Source: Alphaproteobacteria bacterium
GTDB lineage: Bacteria; Pseudomonadota; Alphaproteobacteria; UBA828
DNA: 64,000 bases
Direction of reading: 5' to 3'
Assembly (NCBI GenBank): GCA_965221125.1
Contig: CBDCRW010000007.1
Location: 384,001 to 448,000, forward strand
Shown here: positions 46,083 to 54,329 of the stretch, in pieces
How positions within the stretch are numbered: the first letter of the stretch is position 1
How the letters are laid out: each line of letters starts with the position of its first letter
Made by a program: the position numbers and the translations under genes
Notes under the pieces: model-generated
What the model was told of the DNA's origin: nothing
Databases searched by the model: none
The model's input: only the letters and a program-made list of their open reading frames with translations

Positions 46083-46531
46083 TGGCAGGGCAGGGGAGCA
46101 GCGTCGTGGTGGAGATCGCCCCGCGCGACGGATCGCTCGCACGACTGGCAGAGGTGCTTTCGCACCCCGGCGACATCATGGACCGGATCGGCCACTACCT
46201 GGTCGCGTCAACGCACCGGCGCTTCGAGCGCGAGCGCGCACCGGACGGCACGCCCTGGCTCAAGAGCGCCCGCGCCATTGCCGAGGGCGGTCAGACTCTC
46301 ACGAATACAGGCCGCCTGCGCGGCTCGATCGTGCACACGCTCACCGACGGCGGACGAGGCGTCGAAGTAGGGACGAACGTCGTCTACGCCGCCATTCACC
46401 AGTTCAGCGGCCGTGCCGGGAGAGGGCGGAGGACGAAGATTCCCGCGCGCCCCTACCTCGGCGTCGACGAGCACGACCGCGACACGATCCTTCGCATCGT
46501 CGCCCAGGCCATCGAAAGGGCAGGGGCATGA
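46082..46531 (+). CDS. Phage virion morphogenesis (tail completion) protein
   Basis: RF..E.APDG.PW, L..TGRLR.SI, VGTNVVYAAIHQF, IPARPYLG. Confidence 0.88.
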   Translation: MAGQGSSVVVEIAPRDGSLARLAEVLSHPGDIMDRIGHYLVASTHRRFERERAPDGTPWLKSARAIAEGGQTLTNTGRLRGSIVHTLTDGGRGVEVGTNVVYAAIHQFSGRAGRGRRTKIPARPYLGVDEHDRDTILRIVAQAIERAGA

Positions 46532-47004
46532 CTCTCGCGGCGCTGGAAATGCACCTCGCCGACGCAGTGGCGGAACGGCTCGCGGCGCTCAAGGCCGACG
46601 ACGACGCGCCGGTCTTTGCGGCCGTTCTCAGCGCGCTCGATACGGCGGCGCTCACGGCCTGGCCCAAGACGCCGGCCGCCCTGGTGCTGCCGATCTCAGA
46701 CGAAGCGGAGGGCAGCACGACGCGGCGCGTCGAGAACGCGCCGGTGCAGCACGTCGTGCGCGTCGGCGTCTCGATGATGGTCGCGGCGCCCAACGACCGC
46801 GGCGGCGTGCGCGGGCGCGAGCGACTCTCCGCCCTGCTCGCCCGCGCCCGGCAGGCGCTTGCGGGCTGGGCGCCGCCCGGCCAGCGCGAGGTCCTGTCCT
46901 TCCGCCGCGGGCGGCTGATCTCGCTGGAGGACGGGCGCCTTCAGTGGCTTGACGAGTACGAAATCCGCCGCGTCGCCCGTGCCGGCGTCGTGGAAGCTGA
47001 ATAG
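46528..47004 (+). CDS. Putative tail terminator (Mu gp37-like)
   Basis: Position before the tube gene; TPAA.V.P, AL.GW.P, L.W.DEY. Confidence 0.65.
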   Translation: MTLAALEMHLADAVAERLAALKADDDAPVFAAVLSALDTAALTAWPKTPAALVLPISDEAEGSTTRRVENAPVQHVVRVGVSMMVAAPNDRGGVRGRERLSALLARARQALAGWAPPGQREVLSFRRGRLISLEDGRLQWLDEYEIRRVARAGVVEAE

Positions 47005-47016
47005 GGAGACACGCGA

Positions 47017-47907
47017 ATGACCGCGCGAAGCATCGACAAGCGCACCGACAACATCCTCATCGGCGCCGGCGAGGTCTATCTCGACATCCACGAGGGAGGC
47101 GCTGCCACGGGCGAGCGCTACCTCGGCGATGCCGTGGGCGCCGAGCTGGAGGTGGCGGCCGAGGAAACCACGGTCTTCTCGGGCTCGGGCCCCGTCGCGC
47201 GCGAGCTCACGCGCATCGCCCGCAGCGTGACGCGGACGGCGCGGCTCACGCTCCACGACATCAGCCTGGAGAACCTGGCGCTCTTCACGGTAGGCGACGT
47301 GAAGCGGCTCGGCGCCGCCGGCGCTGTCTCGGGCGAGGCGGCCATCCTGCGGCCCGGCCGCTGGTACCAGCTGGGAGGGGCCGACCGGCCCGCCGGCGTG
47401 CTCAGGCTCGCGACGCCAGCCAGCAAGGCCGCGGCCATCGCCGCCGTGACCGTCGCCTCCACAGCGCAGACGCCGGTGACGGCGACGCAAGCGATCGAGG
47501 CCAACCGCTTCGCCACGGGCAACGCCGAGGCCGAGCAGAAGGGCCAGTACATCGTGGACTATGCCCGCGCCCGGATATTCTGGTTGCCCGCCGACCACGC
47601 GCTCTACGAGGCCAAGGCCGGTGTCGAGGCGGATACCGCTCTCGCCATCGACTACACGCCCGACGATGCGGCGCGGGACCAGGTGCAGGGCGCGTTCCGG
47701 CAATTGATCGGCGCCTTCCGCTATATCGAGGACGCCGCCGAGGGCCAGGGGCGGAACATCTATGCGCCGCGCTGTTCGATCCAGCCGGCCGGCGGGCTGA
47801 CCCTGCTCGACGGGCGCTCGTCCGAGCAGCAGATCCGCCTCGCCGTCTCGATGCTGGAGCCAGGCGGCGGCCGGCCTGCGCTCTATATCGACGGGCAGGC
47901 CGCATGA
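47017..47907 (+). CDS. Putative major tail tube protein (non-contractile)
   Basis: N..IG.GEVY, GERYLGD, LTLHDISLENLALF; position; no sheath gene nearby. Confidence 0.7.
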   Translation: MTARSIDKRTDNILIGAGEVYLDIHEGGAATGERYLGDAVGAELEVAAEETTVFSGSGPVARELTRIARSVTRTARLTLHDISLENLALFTVGDVKRLGAAGAVSGEAAILRPGRWYQLGGADRPAGVLRLATPASKAAAIAAVTVASTAQTPVTATQAIEANRFATGNAEAEQKGQYIVDYARARIFWLPADHALYEAKAGVEADTALAIDYTPDDAARDQVQGAFRQLIGAFRYIEDAAEGQGRNIYAPRCSIQPAGGLTLLDGRSSEQQIRLAVSMLEPGGGRPALYIDGQAA

Positions 47908-48403
47908 AGGCCGTGCACGAGCTGGCGGTGCTGTTCCCGGACCGCGACGTAGCGGTGCGGGATCCCGACACCGGCGCCGAGGTCTCGCTCACGGTGCGGG
48001 AGTTCCGCTTCCGCGAAGGGCTGCGACGGCGCTGGGGCGGCCCTTGATCGCGGCCCTGGCGGCGCTGGTGCCGGAGACGGGCAGCAGCGCGAACGACCAG
48101 GAGGATGAACCGGACGCGCTTACGATCGAGAGCGCGCTCGCCGCCCATGCGGCGCTCTGGCTGGAACTCACCGCCCGCGCCTGCGGCCGGGATGCGGACT
48201 GGCTCGCGCGCCTCGGCGATGCGGACGGCCGCGCGCTCTCGGAGGCGATGTGGGCGGCGAACGGAGGATTTTTTTTGCGCCGCGTCGTGGCCCAGGTGGC
48301 GAGCCGGGCGCGGGGAGCGAACCCGTTGCGCTCTCCCGCGTGCTCGACACCCTCGTCCGCGCCGGCCACGGGCGCGGCCACCTCGACCTCGGCGAGCGCC
48401 TGA
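47904..48403 (+). pseudogene. Tail assembly chaperone, frameshifted near 48022
   Basis: MKAVHELAVLFPDR..VREFRFREGL stops at 48047; the C-terminal part (..PLIAALA..W..N..FF.RR) continues in another frame. Confidence 0.65.
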
Positions 48404-48447
48404 CGTGGCGGCAGATCGTCCTCTTCTACCGAACGGCGACGGAATGA
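48269..48447 (+). CDS. -1 frameshift extension of the tail chaperone (gpGT-like)
   Basis: T8 run with T TTT TTG heptamer; the -1 frame is open and ends LTWRQIVLFYRTATE. Confidence 0.55.
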
Positions 48448-48486
48448 CCGGCTGGCGGTCGAAGGAGATGGTGCATCGGGAGCGCC

Positions 48487-48574
48487 GGGCCGTAGGCCCG
48501 GACGGCGCGGACGCGCCGCGCGCCGCACGGCGCGAGAGCCAAGCGAGCGGAGCGAGCGCCCGGCGACTGAGGGA
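48487..48574 (+). repeat. Dispersed structured repeat, copy 2
   Basis: GGGCCGTAGGCCCGGACGGCGCG...AGCCAAGCGAGCGGAGCGAGCGCCCGGCGACTGAGGGA, 8 nt before the TMP ATG. Confidence 0.85.
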
Positions 48575-48582
48575 ACCAAAAT

Positions 48583-49362
48583 ATGCCAAGTGATCTCGAT
48601 CTCGCGGTGCGCGTTCGTGCCGACATGCGCGAGGCGCTGCAGGGAATCGGCGCGCTCAACCGCTCCCTCGGGGATACCGCGCGGCGGAGCGGCGAGGCGG
48701 ACGCGGCGCTTGCGGGCGCAACCGGCGCGGCGCGGGAACTCTCGGCGACGTTCGGGCGGGCGCCGGGTCCCGAGGCGGACGCAGCCTGGATCGACGCGAT
48801 GCAGACATCGCTGAGCGCTCTCGGCCGCGAGAGCGAGCGCACGCTTGATGGAACCCGATCTGCGGCGGAGACCGCCTTCGACGCCATGGAGGGGGCGCTC
48901 ACCCGGTTCGTGACCACGGGCAGGCTCGATTTTTCCGGCTTCGTCGATTCCGTGATCGCCGATCTCGCCCGCCTGGCGACACGCCGCTTCTTCGCCCAGC
49001 CCCTGAGCGACCTGCTGTTCGGCGTGCTCGGCGGCGGCGCGGCGGCTGCCTCTGCCCCGATCTTCCACGCCGGCGGCACGATCGGCGCGCTGGGCGGCGT
49101 CAGGCGGGACGCCGGGCTCCGCGCCGATGAGGTGCCGGTGATCGCGCAACGCGGCGAGACGATCCTGCCGCGCGGCGCGCGGATCGCTCCGCCTTCCGTG
49201 CACGTCAACTTCGAGAACCGCGGCACGCCGCAGCGCGAGGTGAGCCGCGAGGTGCGCTTCGATGCCCGCGGCGTCGTTGTCTCAATCGTTACCGACGATC
49301 TCCGGCGGGGCGGCCCCATTCGTCAGACCATGCAGCGCGAACTCGGCGGAGGCACGCGATGA
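48583..49362 (+). CDS. Short tail tape measure protein (lambda-type C-terminal domain)
   Basis: L.VRVRAD N-terminus; F.AMEGALT.FVTTG.LDF..F..SVIADLAR; FHAGG; DEVP.I.QRGE. Confidence 0.8.
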   Translation: MPSDLDLAVRVRADMREALQGIGALNRSLGDTARRSGEADAALAGATGAARELSATFGRAPGPEADAAWIDAMQTSLSALGRESERTLDGTRSAAETAFDAMEGALTRFVTTGRLDFSGFVDSVIADLARLATRRFFAQPLSDLLFGVLGGGAAAASAPIFHAGGTIGALGGVRRDAGLRADEVPVIAQRGETILPRGARIAPPSVHVNFENRGTPQREVSREVRFDARGVVVSIVTDDLRRGGPIRQTMQRELGGGTR

Positions 49363-49372
49363 TCCGGGTGAA

Positions 49373-49465
49373 GGGCCGGGGCGCGAAGCGGCCCGGAGCG
49401 CGCGACCGCGCGCCGCGCGAAGCGCGTAGGCAAGCGAGCGGAGCGAGCGCCCGCCGATTGAGGGA
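49373..49465 (+). repeat. Dispersed structured repeat, copy 3
   Basis: GGCCCGGAGCGCGCG...GGCAAGCGAGCGGAGCGAGCGCCCGCCGATTGAGGGA, 9 nt before GTG start. Confidence 0.8.
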
Positions 49466-49474
49466 AACGAACAA

Positions 49475-49843
49475 GTGACGGGCCTCGTCTGGCCCGACTA
49501 CGCGGCGGTCGAGGCGGACGGCTACGCCGTCAGCGACGACACCAACGTGGAACGCACGCCCTTCGACGACGGCTTGATCCGCCAGGTGCGGCGCCATGCA
49601 AGCGCGCTGACGGCGCTCTCGATCACCGCCTTGCTCGCGAACGACGCCGACTATCGGCGCTTTCGCGCCTGGGCGGCGGAGAACGCGCATCGCTGGTTCG
49701 CATGGGCGGCACCGGAGTCCGGCACCGTGCATCAGGTGCGCGTGCGCGGCGGCGCCGGCGGAATCGAATACACGGCGCGCATCGGCCCGGACGGCCGGCG
49801 CTCGTGGGAGGCGATCCTCGATCTCGAGGGCGTCGGACTTTGA
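49475..49843 (+). CDS. Putative distal tail protein
   Basis: WP.Y, GY, V.RT.FDDG..RQ.R, F.AW, WF.W; directly follows the TMP. Confidence 0.65.
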   Translation: MTGLVWPDYAAVEADGYAVSDDTNVERTPFDDGLIRQVRRHASALTALSITALLANDADYRRFRAWAAENAHRWFAWAAPESGTVHQVRVRGGAGGIEYTARIGPDGRRSWEAILDLEGVGL

Positions 49844-49855
49844 GCCTTTTGTATT

Positions 49856-49940
49856 TCCCTCAATCGCCGGGCGCTCGCTCCGCTCGCTTGGCTACGCGCT
49901 GCGCGCGCGGCGCGGTCGCGCCGTCCGGGCCTGCCGGCCC
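49856..49940 (-). repeat. Dispersed structured repeat, copy 4 (inverted)
   Basis: TCCCTCAATCGCCGGGCGCTCGCTCCGCTCGCTTGGCT...CGCGCCGTCCGGGCC is the reverse complement of the consensus. Confidence 0.85.
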
Positions 49941-49947
49941 GGCCCTC

Positions 49948-52900
49948 ATGCAGCAAAGCGGTAGGGCGACTCAAATCTCTACCGATATCTGGCCGCATCC
50001 GCTCACTGCGCACGGCCGCCAGGCCCGCGCGCTCGCGGTGCTGCCGGAGACCGCCCTCGCGGATGTGATCGCGGAGGCGCTGCCCGGCGCCGGCGATTCC
50101 GATCTGATCGCGTCCGCGCTACCGCTGCGCTGCTTGAGCGCGGACGCGCCCTTCACCGCCGCCATCGATGGCCGGCCCGTGCCGCCGGCCGTCTGGGCAA
50201 CAACGCAACTCCGCGCCGGCCAGATCGTCACCTTGCGCGCGGCGCTGGCCGACGGCAGCGGGGGCAAGAATCCCCTCGCCGCAATCCTCCAGATCGCCAC
50301 CCTCGTCGCCGCCATTGTGGTGCCGCCCCTGCTCTTCGCCTCATCCTGGGCGCAAGCGATCACCGGCGCCGCCATCACCATCGCCGGCGGGCTGATCGTG
50401 AATGCGCTCGCCCCGCCCCGCGCGCCGGATGCCCTGCCCGAGCCGGGCGCCGCGCCCGCGCCCGTCTACAGCCTCCGCGCCGGCTCCAATCGCGCGCGCC
50501 CCTACGAGCCCCTGCTGCTCGTCATGGGCGCGCATCGCGTGTTCCCCGATCTCAGCGCCGCCGAGTACACCGAGATCGTCGACGGCGAGCAGTACCTCCA
50601 TCAGATTTTCAACTTCGGCCTCGGCAATCTCGCCATCGACGATTTCCGCATCGGCGAGACGGCGCTGCGCTCCTACGAGGAGGTGAGCCTCCAGCGCGAC
50701 GATGCGGCCGGCGCGCTTACCCTCGTCGCCGGCAACGTGGACAGCGAGGCCGGCGGCGTGCTGGCCGATCCCGCCTTTATCGAAAGGGCCACCGGCCCGA
50801 ACACGGGGCGCATCGGCATCGATCTCGCCGGGCGCATCTTCGAGGTGAACGAGCAGGGCGATATCGTCGCGAACAGCGTGGAGATCGAGGTCCAGTGGGA
50901 GCCGGCCGCCGGCGGCGGCCCGGTGGAAAGCCGCACGGTCACGCTCACCAACGATAGCCAAGCGCCCTATCGCCGCACGCTGGGCTACGATCTCGGCACG
51001 CCCGGCGCCTGGATCGTGCGCGTGCGCCGCGCCGCCCCGCCGGCCGATTCGGATCGCGTCTATGACGATCTCTCCTGGGCCGCGCTCCGCGCCTATCAGC
51101 TCGATACGGCCGATTACCAGGGGCAGACGCGCTACGCCCTGCGCATCCGCGCATCCGGCCAGCTTTCCGGCCGCCTCAATCGCGTCTCCGCGATGGTGCG
51201 CCAGCGCGTGCCTACATGGGACGGCACTCAATGGACGGCCTCGATGCCGACGGACAACCCGGCATGGCTGTTCCGCTGGTATGCGCGGGGCATCCGCGTG
51301 GACGGCCGCCTCGTGGCCGGCCTCGGCCTCTCCAGCCGGCGCATCGATGAGGAGGCGCTGAAAGCATGGGGCGCCTGGTGCGCCGCGCAAGGGCTCGGCT
51401 GCAACCTTGTGCTGGACCGCGCCATCACGCATGGCGATGTGCTGGCGCTCATCGCCCAATGCGGGCGCGCGAGCGTGAGCTGGCAGAGCGGCAGGCTCGG
51501 CGTGGTCTGGGAGGAAGCCGGGCGCCCGGCAACGGCCCTGATAACGCCCGGCAACATCGTCGCCGGCTCCTTCGCCGTGGAATACGCCAATGGCCGCGGG
51601 GCGGACGAGATCGCGGTGCGCTACATCGATCCCGCGCTCGATTGGCAATACAACACGCTCCGCCGCCTGGCGCCCGGCGTCACGACTCCGCCCGCGAGCA
51701 CGGCCACGATCACGCTGCACGGCGTCACCTCAAGCATGCAGGCGGCGGCGGAATGCAATCTGCAGGCCGCGCGCCAGCTCTACCATCGCCGCCGCTTCTC
51801 ATGGGAGATGGCGGCGGAGGGGCTTTCGCTCGCGCGGGGCGACGTGGTCCATCTCACCCATTCCCTGATCGATGGCGGGCGCGCCGGGCGCCTCGCCGGC
51901 GGCGATGCCGCGCGCCCGGTGCTCGATAGGCCGGTGAACGTCGACGGCGGTGGCGAGATGCTGTTCCGCCTGGCGGACGGCCGCGTGCATCGGAGCGCCG
52001 TCTCCGCCCCGCCGGGCGTGGCCGGGGAGACCGCCGCAATCGCGCTCGCCACGCCCTTGCCGCAGGCCCCGGATGCGGATGGCGCCAGCCCGCGCGATTC
52101 GCTCTGGCGCCTCTACGATGCCGCCCTGCCGCCGGTGCGCGCCCGCATCGTCGCGGTAGAGCCCGCAACGGACCGGCGGGTGCGCTTTACCGCCATCGAC
52201 GAGCTCGCGCTCTACTACGATGCCGCCACGCTCGATCTCTCCGCACCGCTGCCGCCGCTGCGCTCGCGCGCGCCCCGCATCCTCGATGTCACGCTGGCCG
52301 AAACGCTGGTGCGCGTGGGCGCCGGCTTCGCCGTGGAGATCGAGGCCGCGCTGACCGTGGCCGGCGATTGGCGGGGCGGCGTGATCCGCGCCGGCATCGA
52401 TGGCGAGACGCCGCGCACCGTGGCGCGCATGATCGATGGCGAGACCACCGCGCGATGGCTGGCGCCGCCCGCCGGCACGCTCACCGTGACCGTCACGCCC
52501 GGCACGGAGGCCGCGCCCTCCGGCGCGCCGTTCACTACCATCTACGAGATCGTCGGCCCCCTGGCGCCGCCGCTGCCGCCCTCCAATTTCCTGATCGATG
52601 TGCTGGGCGACGGCACGCGGCGCCTGCGCTGGACCCCGCCGCTGGACGTCGATCTCGCCGGCGTGCTGATCCGCTTCGGCGCCCAGGCCCGCCCGCCGCT
52701 GGATTGGGAGCAGCTCATGCCGCTGCATCGGGGCCATCTCACCGCCTCGCCGCTGGAGACAATCGAGCCGCCCGCCGGCGTCTGGGTCTTTTCGGCCCGC
52801 GCCATCGATACCGGCGGGCGCCTCTCCGAAGAGGAGGTGCGGATCGTGGCCGAGCTCGGGCCGCAGCGCCAGGGCGATGCCATCGTTTGGGTCTGCCCCT

Positions 52901-53565
52901 CCGCTACCGGCTGGCCCGGCACGCTGTTCGATACCATCGAACGCTCCGATGATGGCCGCGATGCGCTGGAGAACATCGGCGATTACACCTGGGACGATCT
53001 CACCACCTGGGACGCCTGGGAGTCGTGGACAACCGGGAACGGCATGCAGGCGACCACGGAGATCCTGTTTCGGAGCACGGTCGAAGATTTGGGCGCCGTG
53101 TTCGATGCCGAGTTGCGCTGGACGGCGGATGTGGTGGGCGAGGCCGAATTCGAATACCGCGCCGCGGAGGCGCGGGAGGATATCGCGGGCGCGGCCTGGA
53201 CGCCCTATGTGCCGGCGACAACGGTGCATGGGCGCTTCCTGCAAATGCGCTGGCGCGTCACCGGCGACGGCACGCGGGTTATCGGCCTCGATCACCTCTG
53301 CTGGTCAATCCACGCCCCCGGCGCCATCCGCAAGCTGCTTGATCGCAACACGGCCGATTGGCCGGGCACGGCGGCGGATGGGCGCGAGGTGCCGAACGAT
53401 CTCCGCCTCGTCACCGATCTCGACGTCACCCTGCAATCCGTAAGCGCCGGCTGGAGCTGGACGCTGCTCAGAAAGAACGATCCCACGCTGATCAGGATTT
53501 ACGATGGCGACGGCAATCCGGCCGATGCCATCGTGGACGTGATCGTGCGCGGCGTCGCCGCATAG
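49948..53565 (+). CDS. Tail tip/host specificity protein (TipJ-like, with N-terminal gpI-like region)
   Basis: Hydrophobic hairpin after GGKNPL, N.ARPYEP...V.G.HR..PD, RIRASGQLSG, NPAW, FN3-like P..P.NF..RLRW; start uncertain. Confidence 0.8.
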   Translation: MQQSGRATQISTDIWPHPLTAHGRQARALAVLPETALADVIAEALPGAGDSDLIASALPLRCLSADAPFTAAIDGRPVPPAVWATTQLRAGQIVTLRAALADGSGGKNPLAAILQIATLVAAIVVPPLLFASSWAQAITGAAITIAGGLIVNALAPPRAPDALPEPGAAPAPVYSLRAGSNRARPYEPLLLVMGAHRVFPDLSAAEYTEIVDGEQYLHQIFNFGLGNLAIDDFRIGETALRSYEEVSLQRDDAAGALTLVAGNVDSEAGGVLADPAFIERATGPNTGRIGIDLAGRIFEVNEQGDIVANSVEIEVQWEPAAGGGPVESRTVTLTNDSQAPYRRTLGYDLGTPGAWIVRVRRAAPPADSDRVYDDLSWAALRAYQLDTADYQGQTRYALRIRASGQLSGRLNRVSAMVRQRVPTWDGTQWTASMPTDNPAWLFRWYARGIRVDGRLVAGLGLSSRRIDEEALKAWGAWCAAQGLGCNLVLDRAITHGDVLALIAQCGRASVSWQSGRLGVVWEEAGRPATALITPGNIVAGSFAVEYANGRGADEIAVRYIDPALDWQYNTLRRLAPGVTTPPASTATITLHGVTSSMQAAAECNLQAARQLYHRRRFSWEMAAEGLSLARGDVVHLTHSLIDGGRAGRLAGGDAARPVLDRPVNVDGGGEMLFRLADGRVHRSAVSAPPGVAGETAAIALATPLPQAPDADGASPRDSLWRLYDAALPPVRARIVAVEPATDRRVRFTAIDELALYYDAATLDLSAPLPPLRSRAPRILDVTLAETLVRVGAGFAVEIEAALTVAGDWRGGVIRAGIDGETPRTVARMIDGETTARWLAPPAGTLTVTVTPGTEAAPSGAPFTTIYEIVGPLAPPLPPSNFLIDVLGDGTRRLRWTPPLDVDLAGVLIRFGAQARPPLDWEQLMPLHRGHLTASPLETIEPPAGVWVFSARAIDTGGRLSEEEVRIVAELGPQRQGDAIVWVCPSATGWPGTLFDTIERSDDGRDALENIGDYTWDDLTTWDAWESWTTGNGMQATTEILFRSTVEDLGAVFDAELRWTADVVGEAEFEYRAAEAREDIAGAAWTPYVPATTVHGRFLQMRWRVTGDGTRVIGLDHLCWSIHAPGAIRKLLDRNTADWPGTAADGREVPNDLRLVTDLDVTLQSVSAGWSWTLLRKNDPTLIRIYDGDGNPADAIVDVIVRGVAA

Positions 53566-53576
53566 GAGAGGAACAC

Positions 53577-54287
53577 ATGCCCTGGCCGCGAGACGATCTT
53601 GTGACGGACGATCTGGACTCCGGCGCGGATCGCCCGCCGCGCGCGGAATTCTTCAAGCTGTTCGAGCGCGTGAAGGCGATCATCGGCTCGCGCGGCGAGA
53701 TCAACGGCGTTCCGATCCTGGACAGCCGGGGCCGCATTCCGGCGGCGCAGATAGGGCGCGGCGTGGCCGGCGGCGTGGCCTCGCTCGGCCCCGCCGGCAC
53801 CGTGCCGCTGGCCCAGCTCCCGACTCTGTCTGCGCCGGAAAGCGAGGTGCCGCCCGGCGCGATTGCGATGTGGGCCGGCGGCAACGCGGCGCCGCAGGGC
53901 TGGCACAATTGCTATGGCGCCGCCGTGAGCCGCGCCACCTACGCCGCGCTGTTCGCCGCGATTGGCACCACTTACGGCGCGGGCGATGGCGTGAGCACGT
54001 TCAATCTGCCGCATCTGGGCGCGCGCTTCCCGCTGGGCCGCGGCTCCGGCCGCGCCCTCGGCGCCACCGGCGGGGCGGTCACGCATACGCTCACCGAGGC
54101 GGAGATGCCGCGCCACTTTCACACCATCGCGGAATCGGAGGAGGACGATAACCCGGACCCCGGCAACCGGGTGATCACGAACACGCGGGCGCAGCTAGGC
54201 ACGATCAACACGGGCCACGCCGGCGGCAACGCGGCGCACAACAACATGCCGCCCTATCTCGTCGTGAACTTCATCATCAAATGGTGA
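53577..54287 (+). CDS. Tail fibre protein with tail collar domain
   Basis: P.GAI.MWAG..AP.GW..C.G..VSR.TYAALFAAIGTTYG.GDG.STFNLP, HNNMPPYL.VNFIIK. Confidence 0.88.
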   Translation: MPWPRDDLVTDDLDSGADRPPRAEFFKLFERVKAIIGSRGEINGVPILDSRGRIPAAQIGRGVAGGVASLGPAGTVPLAQLPTLSAPESEVPPGAIAMWAGGNAAPQGWHNCYGAAVSRATYAALFAAIGTTYGAGDGVSTFNLPHLGARFPLGRGSGRALGATGGAVTHTLTEAEMPRHFHTIAESEEDDNPDPGNRVITNTRAQLGTINTGHAGGNAAHNNMPPYLVVNFIIKW

Positions 54288-54329
54288 GACGGGCCGCAAG
54301 CGCGCGGGCGGCGGCGGGGGCGGTGCGAG

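Larger units (their letters stand above)
40633..54287 (+). mobile_element. Mu-like siphophage-derived head-tail module (GTA-like or defective prophage) lacking packaging, replication, integration and lysis genes
   Basis: Co-oriented, often overlapping structural genes in phage order: protease, decoration, capsid, neck, tube, chaperone, TMP, Dit, TipJ, fibre. Confidence 0.8.

Noticed and set aside
49702-49947. Extended N-terminus of TipJ as given in the ORF track
   Set aside because: It overlaps the Dit-like gene and repeat copy 4; ATG 49948 is more plausible
40633-54287. Complete inducible prophage, or contractile injection system/R-type tailocin
   Set aside because: No packaging, replication, integration or lysis genes; no sheath or baseplate wedge genes; TipJ and TMP are siphophage-type
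49948-54287. Diversity-generating retroelement or invertase shufflon acting on the tail fibre
   Set aside because: No reverse transcriptase, no template/variable repeat pair and no serine invertase seen in the window
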